Under the pieces are notes generated by a model. That model was not told where the DNA came from, did not search any database, and saw only the letters and a program-made list of their open reading frames with translations. A stretch of 63,880 nucleotides of DNA, filler included, from a bacterium (GTDB lineage: Bacteria; UBA9089; CG2-30-40-21; SBAY01): NCBI GenBank assembly GCA_040757115.1. It is 5 parts of 5 records of this genome, joined end to end, with 100 filler letters (N's around TTAATTAATTAA, not from the genome) between each part and the next. Parts side by side here need not be neighbours in the genome. Positions count along the whole stretch, not along the records: positions 13,462 to 26,821 come from JBFLYA010000108.1; positions 26,922 to 39,773 come from JBFLYA010000109.1; 3 more parts are not named here. One strand, given 5' to 3'. This document shows positions 21,369 to 32,100 of the stretch, one piece after another. Each line of letters begins with the position of its first letter. The stretch's first letter is position 1. The position numbers and the translations under genes are program-made.

Positions 21369-21661
21369 GTAACCGTTCAGGGGGTAATTTACCGCAGAGA
21401 CGCAGAGGAACAGAGAAGATATGGAAATAAATCAGATAACAGAAAAGATTATTGGTGCAGCCATTGAAATACTTATGATCTGCTTGCCGAATGTTCAGCC
21501 GGCAAGCCAGATTTGTTAATCCATCCCTGATTTTCATCAGGGCAAGTTTAATGTTGTTGTACTCAAGAGCTTGCACTGATGAAAATCAGGGATGTTAAGC
21601 GTATCGTAAATAAATTTTAATTTTTTCTCTGCGTCTCTGTGTCTCTGCGGTGAACGGTTAC
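21369..21661 (+). mobile_element. Family C element with GxxExxY remnant
   Basis: TIRs; TSD CTGGAATT/CTGAAATT (7/8); empty site present in the paralogous spacer at 20889. Confidence 0.92.
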
Positions 21662-21775
21662 CTGAAATTTGAAATTTATTCGGGATTTGGTGCCTGGAAT
21701 TTGGAATTTCTGCGTGAATACCACCATCCGTCCAGTTAAAGATGTAGGTAAAGATTAGAAAAGGAGGATAGGGAA

Positions 21776-22024
21776 ATGAACTTATGGGAATCATTAGCCC
21801 TGGTAGGCACAGCGGCGACAATATTAGGGGTATTTTTGACTGTCTATGGGGTAGTGAATAATAAAACACTAAAGCATGAAACCAAATTAACACGAGAAAC
21901 AATAGAAGAAGAGAGTAAGTTGACACGAGAGATGATTAAAGAAACTACTGAATATTTAGCTAAATATTTAGGTGATCTAATTGTGGCCGACGGGGGTAGA
22001 ACTCGTTTAGCTATGAGCAAGTAG
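21776..22024 (+). CDS. Small membrane-anchored coiled-coil protein, copy 3
   Basis: As copy 1 with a 4-aa insertion and diverged 3' end. Confidence 0.75.
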   Translation: MNLWESLALVGTAATILGVFLTVYGVVNNKTLKHETKLTRETIEEESKLTREMIKETTEYLAKYLGDLIVADGGRTRLAMSK

Positions 22025-22131
22025 AAAAGTTATCATCCAGAGAGAAGAAAGATTATCTCGATGAATTCTCTATTGGCAAATTCCAAAGGTAGAATCAAAA
22101 GTCTTTGACTACAAAGAGAGGAGAAAATTCA

Positions 22132-23421
22132 ATGAAGATTTGTATGATTGGCACCGGCTATGTGGGGTTAGTTACTGGCACTTGCTTTGCAGACTTAGGA
22201 AACAATGTTATTTGTGTAGATAATAATGAAGAAAAGATTAATATCTTAAAAAGTGGTGGAGTGCCTATTTATGAACCAGGGTTAAATGAAATGGTAGAAA
22301 GAAATGTTAAGAAAAATAGACTTTCATTCACCACTTCAATCGTTGAAGGGGTTGAGGTATCAGATATTATCTTCATTGCGGTAAGCACACCACCTTTACC
22401 TGATGGAGAGGCAGACCTATCTTTTGTTGAAAATGTATCTAAAGAAATTGCTCAAACAATGAAAAGTTATAAATTAATCGTGGAAAAAAGCACTGTTCCG
22501 GTGCAAACAGGCGAATGGGTTAAACGCACGGTCAAATTAAATAATAAGCATCAGGTTGAATTTGATGTTGCCTCAAATCCTGAGTTTTTACGAGAAGGCT
22601 CGGCGGTATATGACATTATGCAGCCAGACCGAATAGTTATTGGCGTAGAATCTGAACGGGCAGAAAAACTCTTAAAGGAACTTTATGCCCCATTTAATGC
22701 CCCAATTGTTGTTACAGATATCAAAAGTGCTGAATTAATTAAACACGCCTCTAATTCCTTCTTAGCCCTCAAAATCTCATTTATTAATGCCGTGGCAAAT
22801 ATATGCGAACTCTCCGGAGCAGATGTTCTAAAGGTTGCCGAAGGAATGGGTTATGATGAACGGATAGGAAGAAGTTTCTTAAATGCTGGTCTTGGTTTTG
22901 GTGGCTCATGTTTTCCAAAAGACCTCTCTGCTTTTATCCGCCTCGCTCACAAACTTGGCTATGATTTTCAACTCCTGAAAGAGGTTGAGAATATAAACAG
23001 AGAACAACGAAAACTTATTGTGACAAAGATAAAAAACGCTGTCTGGATATTAAAGGATAAAAAGATAGGTATTTTAGGACTGGCTTTTAAACCTAATACA
23101 GATGATATGCGCTCTGCCCCTTCGGTTGAGGTAATTGAAATGTTACAAGGTCAAGGGGCATTTATCAAGGCATTTGACCCGGTGGCTATGGAGAAGGCAA
23201 AACCATTGTTAAAAAATGTTACTTTCTGCAAAGACTCTTACGAAGTCGCTGAAGAAAGTGATTGCCTGGTAATTATGACCGAATGGAATGAATTTAAAGA
23301 ATTAGACTTAATTAAAATTAAGGAGAAAATGTCTAACCCGGTCATTATTGATGGAAGAAACATCTACGACCCGGCGAAAATGAAAGAATTAGGATTTGTG
23401 TATCATGGTATTGGGAGATAA
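22132..23421 (+). CDS. ugd: UDP-glucose 6-dehydrogenase
   Basis: GTGYVG, EKSTVP, SNPEFLREG, GFGGSCFPKD. Confidence 0.95.
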   Translation: MKICMIGTGYVGLVTGTCFADLGNNVICVDNNEEKINILKSGGVPIYEPGLNEMVERNVKKNRLSFTTSIVEGVEVSDIIFIAVSTPPLPDGEADLSFVENVSKEIAQTMKSYKLIVEKSTVPVQTGEWVKRTVKLNNKHQVEFDVASNPEFLREGSAVYDIMQPDRIVIGVESERAEKLLKELYAPFNAPIVVTDIKSAELIKHASNSFLALKISFINAVANICELSGADVLKVAEGMGYDERIGRSFLNAGLGFGGSCFPKDLSAFIRLAHKLGYDFQLLKEVENINREQRKLIVTKIKNAVWILKDKKIGILGLAFKPNTDDMRSAPSVEVIEMLQGQGAFIKAFDPVAMEKAKPLLKNVTFCKDSYEVAEESDCLVIMTEWNEFKELDLIKIKEKMSNPVIIDGRNIYDPAKMKELGFVYHGIGR

Positions 23422-23822
23422 TAAGGTTCTGCAAAATAGGATTTGGGGGAGACAACAAATAAATATCAAATATCAAATATTAAATATCAAATATAAATAT
23501 CAAAATGCAAAATTACAAATCAAATTCCAAAAAGGACTTCAAGTATTTTAATGCTGAAATGTAGTAGATAGTAGATAGTTTATAGTAGATAGTTTATAGT
23601 AGATAGTTTATAGTAGATAGTTTATAGTAGATAGTTTATAGTTGAAGGACTATAAACCATAAACTATAAACCATAAACTATAAACTATACACTATAAACT
23701 ATACACTATAAACCCTAAACTATAAACGAGTTTTGCATTTTGCTCTTTGGAGGAAATTGATAAAAATAAAGGCTTTAAATACCCGCTTAAAAACTACAGT
23801 TTCCTGGTTTTGCAGAACTCTA
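23422..23822. mobile_element. Family E miniature element with nested GATAGTTTATAGTA/CTATAAA hairpin
   Basis: TIR TAAGGTTCTGCAAAA...TTTTGCAGAACTCTA; 12-bp TSD ATTGGGAGATAA duplicating the ugd 3' end. Confidence 0.88.
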
Positions 23823-23896
23823 ATTGGGAGATAAAGAAAAAAAACTATTTACCCAATAAAATCATTTTCTGTGGCTGAACGATTACAAAAAGGTTA

Positions 23897-24358
23897 ATGG
23901 TGATGATTGAAGGAATTAAAATTATTAAATTAATACCTCATGTAGATGAGCGAGGATTTTTAATGGAAATTCTGCGTAAAGATGCCCCACATTTTAAGCA
24001 ATTTGGGCAAATCTATCTGACTACCTGTAATCCTGGTGTTATCAAAGCCTGGCATTCACATAAAAAACAGACGGATAACCTCTTTTTAGTTAAAGGAAGT
24101 CTTAAACTTGGTCTATACGATGGCCGAACTGACTCGCCAACATATAAACAGACCGGGACAATTATCATCACTGAATTAAATCGTCAATTAGTGCAAATTC
24201 CACCTTTTATCTGGCACGGATTTTTGGCATTAGGGAATGAACCCGCTTATGTCCTTAATATTCCAACAGAATTATACAATTATGATGAGCCAGATGAAAT
24301 GAGGGTTGACCCGTTTGATAATGATTTTAATTTTGATTGGAAGGTAAAATCAGGATGA
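23897..24358 (+). CDS. dTDP-4-dehydrorhamnose 3,5-epimerase-family cupin
   Basis: DERGFL.E, KAWH.H..QTD, IPP..WHGF. Confidence 0.85.
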   Translation: MVMIEGIKIIKLIPHVDERGFLMEILRKDAPHFKQFGQIYLTTCNPGVIKAWHSHKKQTDNLFLVKGSLKLGLYDGRTDSPTYKQTGTIIITELNRQLVQIPPFIWHGFLALGNEPAYVLNIPTELYNYDEPDEMRVDPFDNDFNFDWKVKSG

Positions 24359-25287
24359 GAATTTTAATTACTGGTGGTGCTGGATTTTTAGGTTCACATT
24401 TATGTGATTATCTACTCAATATAGGACATGAGGTTATCGCTATGGATAATCTCATCACCGGCAACATAGATAATATCAGCCATATCCGGAGTGAGAAATT
24501 TCAATTTTATAGACATGATGTCACAGAATTTATTTATGTAGATGGGCATTTAGACTTTATTCTTCATTTTGCCTCCCCTGCCAGTCCAATGGATTATGTA
24601 AAATATCCGATTCAAACATTGAAAGTAGGTGCGTTAGGAACGCATAAAACATTAGGATTAGCCAAATACAAAAAAGCCTCTTATTTACTTGCCTCGACAT
24701 CAGAGGTCTATGGTGACCCATTAATTAGTCCGCAACCAGAAGATTACTGGGGTAATGTTAATCCTATTGGACCACGGGGGGTATATGATGAAGCAAAACG
24801 ATTTGCCGAGGCATTGGTTATGGCATATCATTCCATTCACGGCATAGAGACCCGTATTGCCAGAATATTCAACACTTATGGTGAACGAATGCGATTAGAG
24901 GATGGACGAGTAGTGCCAGCATTTATCCCGCAAGCATTAAAAAATGAACCAATAACAGTCTTTGGTGATGGAAGTCAAACTCGAAGCTTTTGTTATGTCG
25001 CTGACCTGGTTGAAGGAATTTATAAGTTGATGTGTTCAAATTGTCATACTCCAGTTAATCTTGGCAATCCACAGGAAATGACGATTTTAGAATTCGCACA
25101 AAAGATAATTGAAATTACCAACAGTAAAAGTGAGATAATTTATAAACCATTACCTACCGATGACCCGAAACAACGAAGACCGGATATTACTAAGGCTAAA
25201 ACATTACTCGGTTGGGAACCAAAGATAAATTTTGACGAAGGAATGATAAAAACTATTAATTGGTTCAAAAAACGGTTAAGTGTCTAA
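24355..25287 (+). CDS. UDP-glucuronate decarboxylase (UDP-xylose synthase family)
   Basis: [43 protein letters not shown]. Confidence 0.92.
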   Translation: MRILITGGAGFLGSHLCDYLLNIGHEVIAMDNLITGNIDNISHIRSEKFQFYRHDVTEFIYVDGHLDFILHFASPASPMDYVKYPIQTLKVGALGTHKTLGLAKYKKASYLLASTSEVYGDPLISPQPEDYWGNVNPIGPRGVYDEAKRFAEALVMAYHSIHGIETRIARIFNTYGERMRLEDGRVVPAFIPQALKNEPITVFGDGSQTRSFCYVADLVEGIYKLMCSNCHTPVNLGNPQEMTILEFAQKIIEITNSKSEIIYKPLPTDDPKQRRPDITKAKTLLGWEPKINFDEGMIKTINWFKKRLSV

Positions 25288-25325
25288 TAAAAACAGGTGA
25301 AAAAATGGATAGTGTCCTATCATAG

Positions 25326-26420
25326 CTAATTTACCATCACGGTTTTCTTTAGGGCATTTGAAAAAGGCAGACCCTCTGTCTCATCCAGCCCAAACATAAT
25401 ATTCATATTTTGAACAGCCTGTCCAGCCGCCCCCTTAATAATGTTATCTATACACCCCATTACTATGTAAGTACTTGTTCTTTCATCAACTTGAATACCA
25501 ATATCACAAAAATTAGTCCCTTCTACATTCTGGATTTCTGGATATTCTCCTTGCTTGCAAATTCTAATAAATGGTTTATCTTTATAAAATTCTTGATATT
25601 TTTCAACGAGAGATTCAAATGTCATCCTTTTCTGTAGTTTAATATAAGTTGTTGTAAGCATTCCATATTTAAAACTGGCTACATGTGGAGCAAAAAGAAC
25701 TTTAACTTTATCCTGGATTAAATCTCCTAATTCTTGCTCTATCTCTGGTATATGAGGATGGATACCTATTTTATAGGGTTTAATATTTCCTTCGACTTCG
25801 ATAGCTAAATTCCGGTCATTTGGCTTTCTCCCGGCACCAGAAACACCGCATATTGCCTCAATAATAATTATTTCCTTTTTCTCTATGAGTTTATTAATAA
25901 ATAAAGGGGCTACTGAAAGAATAGTGCAGGTTGGATAACAGCCTGGATTTGCTATAAAAAATGCATCTTTTATCTTTTGAGAGTATATCTCGGGTAATCC
26001 ATAGACTGCTTCATTAAGAAGTTGTCTATTATTTTGCTTGAAACCATACCACTTATATAAATCAGCATCTTTCAATCTAAAATTTGCACTTAAATCAATA
26101 AATTTAATATTTGATTTTGTCTTTTGTGCTTTTTTAACTAAATTTGATGTTTCTGTTAAAAATTCACCGTGAGGTTTTGAAAGAAATACCACATCGCACT
26201 TTTCTATTACTTTATCCGCATTGTATTCACTACTTTTTAGCTCGAAAATACCTTCTAAAAATTTATGAATATCACTTATTTTTTCTCCTCCTTTGGTTTC
26301 TGATACTAATAAAGTTATAGTTGCATACTTATGGTTAGCTAATAACTTTAATAATACACCAGAGGATATACTGGCGGCACCTATTATTCCAATCCTGATT
26401 TTCTCTTTGTTTTTTTTCAT
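25326..26420 (-). CDS. argC: N-acetyl-gamma-glutamyl-phosphate reductase
   Basis: IDLSA.FRL, YGLPE, ANPGCYPT, SGAGR, DNIIKGAAGQAVQNMN. Confidence 0.9.
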   Translation of the reverse strand: MKKNKEKIRIGIIGAASISSGVLLKLLANHKYATITLLVSETKGGEKISDIHKFLEGIFELKSSEYNADKVIEKCDVVFLSKPHGEFLTETSNLVKKAQKTKSNIKFIDLSANFRLKDADLYKWYGFKQNNRQLLNEAVYGLPEIYSQKIKDAFFIANPGCYPTCTILSVAPLFINKLIEKKEIIIIEAICGVSGAGRKPNDRNLAIEVEGNIKPYKIGIHPHIPEIEQELGDLIQDKVKVLFAPHVASFKYGMLTTTYIKLQKRMTFESLVEKYQEFYKDKPFIRICKQGEYPEIQNVEGTNFCDIGIQVDERTSTYIVMGCIDNIIKGAAGQAVQNMNIMFGLDETEGLPFSNALKKTVMVN

Positions 26421-26555
26421 AACTATTTTTCTTTCTAATATTTTCTGAAGTGAAGCACCAGACAATGGTTGTTTCACTTCACCTGGGTAAATAATTACAA
26501 TAATATTATATTATAATTATATATTTTTTGTCAAGTCTTTTAAAAAAGAGGCAGA

Positions 26556-26683
26556 AGTTCTCGGTGAATTTTTAGAGACTGAATTTACCTATGTTTAGGA
26601 GAGATAGAAAAAATTTTTTCGTAAACATTTTGAGAGAAAAATAAGGAATAATGAGCCTCTATCTAATTTTTCACCGAGAATTC
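26556..26683. repeat. TTCTCGGTGAA-ended miniature IR element; inverted partial copy at ~1450-1510
   Basis: GTTCTCGGTGAA...TTCACCGAGAATTC; ~55 bp shared with 1450-1510. Confidence 0.6.
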
Positions 26684-27067
26684 TTGCGGTTCAACAGCAA
26701 TTCTCGGTGAAAATAAGAAATGGGTATTTATGAGGGTTTTTCGGGATTATGAAATATATTTTTCGTAAAGATTTTTGTTTTTTGAAAAAAAGATATAGAC
26801 TTTTTATCTTAAATGTGGTATNNNNNNNNNNNNNNNNNNNNNNNNNNNNNNNNNNNNNNNNNNNNTTAATTAATTAANNNNNNNNNNNNNNNNNNNNNNN
26901 NNNNNNNNNNNNNNNNNNNNNTTTAACAAAATATCTGGAATAGTAACTATCATCATATCTATTTCTCCTCCCTTTTATAATTAATATCGGGAGGAAATAG
27001 ATAATACTTAATACTTTAATTGTCAATTTGTTATAAAAAAACGCAAAAGTTTAGATAGTAAATTTGG

Positions 27068-27577
27068 GTAACTGTTCAGCCACAGAGGCACAGAGTTCAC
27101 AGAGAATTAGAGAAATTAGCCATAAATGGACACGAATTAACCTCTGACATTCGATAAATGTAATGCGAACCTTTGTATGTGTTTAGCGTATTTATGCATT
27201 GGATACAAACCTGAAAGGTTTGAATTTTACATAACCGTAGGTAAAACCTACGGAAATGGACATTTACGATGTCTCTCAACCCTGAAAGGGTTGAATTTTA
27301 AACGAGGGATAAAATTCGACCCTTTCAGGGTCTCAGAGTGCATGTATGTGTTTCTTCCGTAGATTGCATCTACGGTTATGTGAAGTTTGACGCTTTCAGC
27401 GTCGGAAAAAAATATCGTCACGCTAAACACATACGAACCTTTAGGTTTGCTTTCCTGCTTGCCAGAAGCGAGGCTAAAGTCTCGCACTACAAATCTTTTT
27501 ATTATTCGTGTTCATTCGTGGTTATATATTCCCTCTGTGTTCTCTGTGACTCTGTGGTTATATCCCGGAACGGTTAC
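27068..27577. mobile_element. Family D element containing a nested element
   Basis: TIRs; TSD AAATTTGG; equals 33684-33923 plus an insert. Confidence 0.9.
27175..27434. mobile_element. Nested GTATGTGTTTAGCGT-TIR element with REP-like GAAA hairpins
   Basis: 15-bp perfect TIR; TSD GAACCTTT; ACCCTGAAAGGGT and CCGTAGG...CCTACGG stems. Confidence 0.88.
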
Positions 27578-27596
27578 AAATTTGGAGAATAAAAAA

Positions 27597-28796
27597 ATGG
27601 GTAATGAAGAGATAGAAAAACACCTGGAATTAGGTGAAGATTCTAAGTGGGAGTTTAAGTCAGAAATTTCACATCCCGATGACCTATCTTCTGAAATTGT
27701 CGCTATGGCAAACTCTGAAGGCGGAACTATCCTACTTGGTGTCTCTGATAAGGGAGAACCAACTGGTAACCTTGATGATAAGGAAACAATGAATACAGTG
27801 GTTGTCTCAATAGAAAATATCTCTCGGAATAATATAGAACCCGCTTTATTTCTTACCTGGGAAAAGATAAAGATAAATGGTCACACAATCCTGGCGATTA
27901 AAATTCCCAAAGGTCCAGATAGACCATACCGCACCAACAAAGGAGTCTATTATCTCCGTGTGGGGACAAGCAAAAAGATTATTAGTCGGGGAGAGTTAGC
28001 AAAGCTCTTTCAATCTACCGGCTTATTTTATCCTGATGAATCCCCGGTTTTAAATACGGACATCGCTGATATTGATAGTGATTATCTGAACAAAGCCTGG
28101 CCCGAATTAGTAAGCATACCTTTATCTAAAGCCAGACTCAAAGACTGTGGGATAATAAGCACTGATGAATCTGCTTTGACAATTGGTGGGCTTATCTGCT
28201 ATGGCAAAGAACCACAAAAAAGGCTACCTTATGCCAGGATTACTGCCATCAGATTCCCGGAAGGAGATATTGAAGGTGGACATAGGTATCTTGAGAGGTT
28301 AGAGATTGAAGGCAGGATTGAAGACCAGGCAAAGGAAGCAACTATGTTTTTGACTCGTCATCTTGGAATAGTAGAAGAAATTTTGACATTTGCTTCGGAA
28401 ACTCAAACCAGCCCTCCCAAACTCTTATTATCAGCCATTCAGGAAGGAATAATCAATGCCCTGGTTCACCGCGATTACACCCTTCCTTCCCAAATTAGAC
28501 TCTTTGTCTTTGATGACAGGATAGAAATATTAAGTCCTGGCAGGTTGTTGAATACGGTAAATCTTTCAGAACTGAAACTTGGCTGTCATGCGGTTAGAAA
28601 CCGTATCATCTTTGCCCATTGTCTGAGGCTGAAATTGGTTTATAATGTGGGATTGGGTATTCCAACAATGTTCAGGCTAACACTCAGGGCAGGTCTTCCT
28701 GAACCAGAAATAAGTCTTGTCGGCTCAGAATTTAGACTTGTCTTCAGGAGAAACGCTCATGTCCACAGCGCGGACACAAACGACGATGAAAATTAA
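27597..28796 (+). CDS. AlbA_2 (Schlafen-like) + HATPase_c_4 ('RecG C-terminal') protein
   Basis: GED...EFK, IVAMANSEGGTILLGVSD, YYLRVG, EGIINALVHRDY, DDRIEILSPG; 3' end runs into the junction repeat. Confidence 0.88.
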   Translation: MGNEEIEKHLELGEDSKWEFKSEISHPDDLSSEIVAMANSEGGTILLGVSDKGEPTGNLDDKETMNTVVVSIENISRNNIEPALFLTWEKIKINGHTILAIKIPKGPDRPYRTNKGVYYLRVGTSKKIISRGELAKLFQSTGLFYPDESPVLNTDIADIDSDYLNKAWPELVSIPLSKARLKDCGIISTDESALTIGGLICYGKEPQKRLPYARITAIRFPEGDIEGGHRYLERLEIEGRIEDQAKEATMFLTRHLGIVEEILTFASETQTSPPKLLLSAIQEGIINALVHRDYTLPSQIRLFVFDDRIEILSPGRLLNTVNLSELKLGCHAVRNRIIFAHCLRLKLVYNVGLGIPTMFRLTLRAGLPEPEISLVGSEFRLVFRRNAHVHSADTNDDEN

Positions 28797-28842
28797 TGGG
28801 ACGCAGATTTACAGGATTTACAAGATTTTAAAGAAAAGCCAC

Positions 28843-28990
28843 TAATGCTCTGTCGCCATTCAAGTGATTGATTGGCCGTTGTCCCCCGCTGGCGGGGGTA
28901 GGGGGTGGATTCTTCTATTTCAGATTTCATATTCCACCCCCTTAATCCCCCGCCAGCGGGGAACATCAATTGAGTAGCGACAGAGCACTA
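28843..28990. mobile_element. TAATGCTCTGTCGC-ended element enclosing CCCCCGCTGGCGGGGG palindromes
   Basis: TGCTCTGTCGC...GCGACAGAGCA inverted repeat nested in a GGACGCAGAT/ATCTGCGTCC hairpin. Confidence 0.65.
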
Positions 28991-29189
28991 AGGCACTATA
29001 AAAACATCAAGAAACTTTAAGGAAATAACTATAGAAATACAATAATAAAAAATTAATTTTAATCCTGTTCATCTGCGAAAATCTGCGTCCAATTTTACAT
29101 TTTCAGGGGAAACGGGCATGACCTGCGGCTACCAGCCTTTCCGAGTCCCGAACCCCGAGTCCCGAGTCCCGATTTTCAGGAGAACAATA

Positions 29190-32100
29190 ATGGAATGGTA
29201 TGAAAGATTAGATGGATGGAATAAGATAAATGAAGGCGACCTGGTAACCATTGCCTTATTTAAGTTTGATATGGCAAAATCTACCCAGCTTGGAAAACAA
29301 CTTGGTGCAGAAGAAAACAGAGATTGCCTTAAGAAATATCACGACCTGGTAGAATATATTCTAACCGGGTTTAATATCGCTCCCCAGCCATTTGAATTTC
29401 AAAAGGATGGGGCAACGGTCTATTTCCTTGGGGAAAATGCCGTCTCTGAGGCAGTTCGTGCCGGGAAAAAACTTCTTTCTGAGATAAGAAGGACTCTGGA
29501 ATACGAGGTTCACATCAGAATTGGCATTGGTGTTGACGATGTGTATTTCAAGAAAAGACTGGGAGAGATTTCATCACATCAGTTTGACCTTGGAGGACAT
29601 TCAGAAAAGGTTTGCCCCATCGATTCCCTTGTCTTAACCGAGGAGGCATATTTAGACCTTGATAGATTAGATAAAGGATTGGCAAGTGAGTTTGGCTTTC
29701 TTGGAACTACACTTGAGGATAAGTCACCTTTATTTGTCTATCCCAAAACTCGCCAGATAAACAAACCAGCTGAATTTTTTAAGCCAGAGGATGACCCATA
29801 CTGCATTAAGGCACGGCTTATCAATTACTATAATACCCCATCATTTTGTCAATTTAGATTTGTGGGCATCCGTCAATTTGAAAAGGTAGGGTTAGCCCTG
29901 GAGATTCGTAAGGCTTATGTCCTTCTTAAAGCCCGTGCCTGGAAGGAAAGGGAAGAGATAGATGAAAGTAGAAAGATGAAAGATGAAAGAGAAAGGGAAG
30001 AAAGGGAAAGAAGACCTTTTCTAAGCGAAAAGACCTATCGCGAGACACCTATTCCCCTTGACGGACTTTTAAAGAAAGACAAAAATATTATTCTGCTTGG
30101 TGACCCCGGTTCTGGAAAGACAACCTTTCTTCGCTGGCTTAGCTTGATGTTTATAGATGGGGTAAGGAATATAAAAAGGCATCTGGGAATTGAGGAAAGC
30201 CTTATTCCCCTCTTTATCTCTGTAGGTAGATTCTTTAATTTGCGTTCAGAAAATCCAAACCTTGGATTACTTAATCTCCTTTCCCTCTATTTTTGTCCCT
30301 ATGGCTGTGAGGGATTGGAAAAGATGCTTGAACCTCGATTAAATGATGGGCAGGTTATCTTTCTCTTTGATGGTCTGGATGAGCTCCCATCTGCCAATGA
30401 AAGAGAGATAGCAAGAAATCTGGTTGAACTCTATACCAGCCAATATTCAAAGAATAGATTCATCATCACCAGTAGAATTGTTGGCTATCCCGGGCTTTCT
30501 ATCCCTAATTCCAGAGAGTATTGTCTGGAAGGACTTGATGAAGATGAGGCAACAAAATTGGCTTTTGCCTTTTACTTTAGTTTAGCCATTAAGGATGAAG
30601 AAAAAAAACCCCGGGCAAAGGAACTGGCAGAAGAGAAAAGCCATATCCTTATCTCATCATTAAAGGAGCGGGAAAACCTCCTTGCCTTTCTCCAGAACCC
30701 ACTCTTACTTACCCTGTCTGCCATCTGCCACACAAATCTTGGCAAACTTCCCAAATATAGGGTTCGGCTATATGAGGTCGCCACCCAGACATTGGTTGAT
30801 GCCTGGGCAAATGCAAGAAGACCTGAGAGTATAACAGAAAGAGAACACATTGACTATGAGGCAGAAGGACTGCGTGTCTTACCAGCCATTGCTCTCTGGA
30901 TGCATCAGGAAAAACCAGCGGGATTGGTCAGAGAGGATGAACTTATAGAAAAGATTAAAGCCCTGCTTGGAAAAGGGGAATTTGATGCCAAAGAATTTAT
31001 GAGGAGACTTGAAGCCGCAGGAAGCCTTTTAATAAATAGAGGAGAAAACCAATATGGCTTTATCCACCAAACATTCCAGGAGTATTTAGTGGCAAAACAA
31101 ATGGTAAAATCAGTAAAAGATTCCTGGGAAGATTACATCTCTGAATTTCTTTACAACCCCCGCTATGAAGAAATATGGAGACTAATTGCAGGTGAGATTG
31201 GCATAATTGAAGGAAGCGGTGAGAAGGCAAGCCTTTATATAAAAAAGATTTACGAAGATACTGATGACATTAATGCACAAATCCTTAAGAAGAACCTTTT
31301 GCTCTCTGCCAAAGCCCTTTCAGATACCGTCTCTTATGATGAGGAGCTGAATAATGGGATTGTATCTGACCTCTTTAATGCCTGCATTAAGGATGAACCA
31401 CCACCACCCAGAGAACAACTCTTCCTTGCCATCCGACAATTAAAAGGAAGGGAAGAAGGTGAAAGGCTTTGTGGCCTTCTGGTAGATAGACTGAAGGATT
31501 TTGATAGGGATGTTCGTTCTGCCGCAGCAGAGGCAATAGGGAATCTGGGGGATAAAAGTGCCCTCCCACAACTTATTCCTTTGTTGAGTGATGCTGTTGG
31601 GTATGTTCGTTCTGCCTCAGCAGAGGCAATAGGGATGTTGGGGGATAAAAGTGCCCTCCCACAACTTATTCCTTTGTTGAGTGATGCTAATTGGTTTGTT
31701 CGTTCTGCCGCAGTAGAGGCGATAGGGAAGTTGGGGGATAAAAGTGCCCTCCCACAACTTATTCCTTTGTTGAGTGATGCTGAGTGGGATGTTGTTCGTT
31801 CTGCCGCAGCCGAGGCAATAGGGAAGTTGGGGGATAAAAGTGTCCTCCCAAAACTTATTCCTTTGTTGAATGATGCTGATGGGTATGTTTGTTCTGCCGC
31901 AGCAAGGGCAATAGGGGAGTTGGGTGATAAAAGTGTCCTCCCAAAACTTATTCTTTTGTTGAAAGATGCTAAGTGGGATGTTCGTTCTGCCGCAGCAAGG
32001 GCAATAGGGAATGTGCGGGATAAAAGTGTCCTCCCACAACTTATTCCTTTGTTGAGTGATGCTGATGGGTATGTTCGTTCTGCCGCAGCAAGGGCAATAG

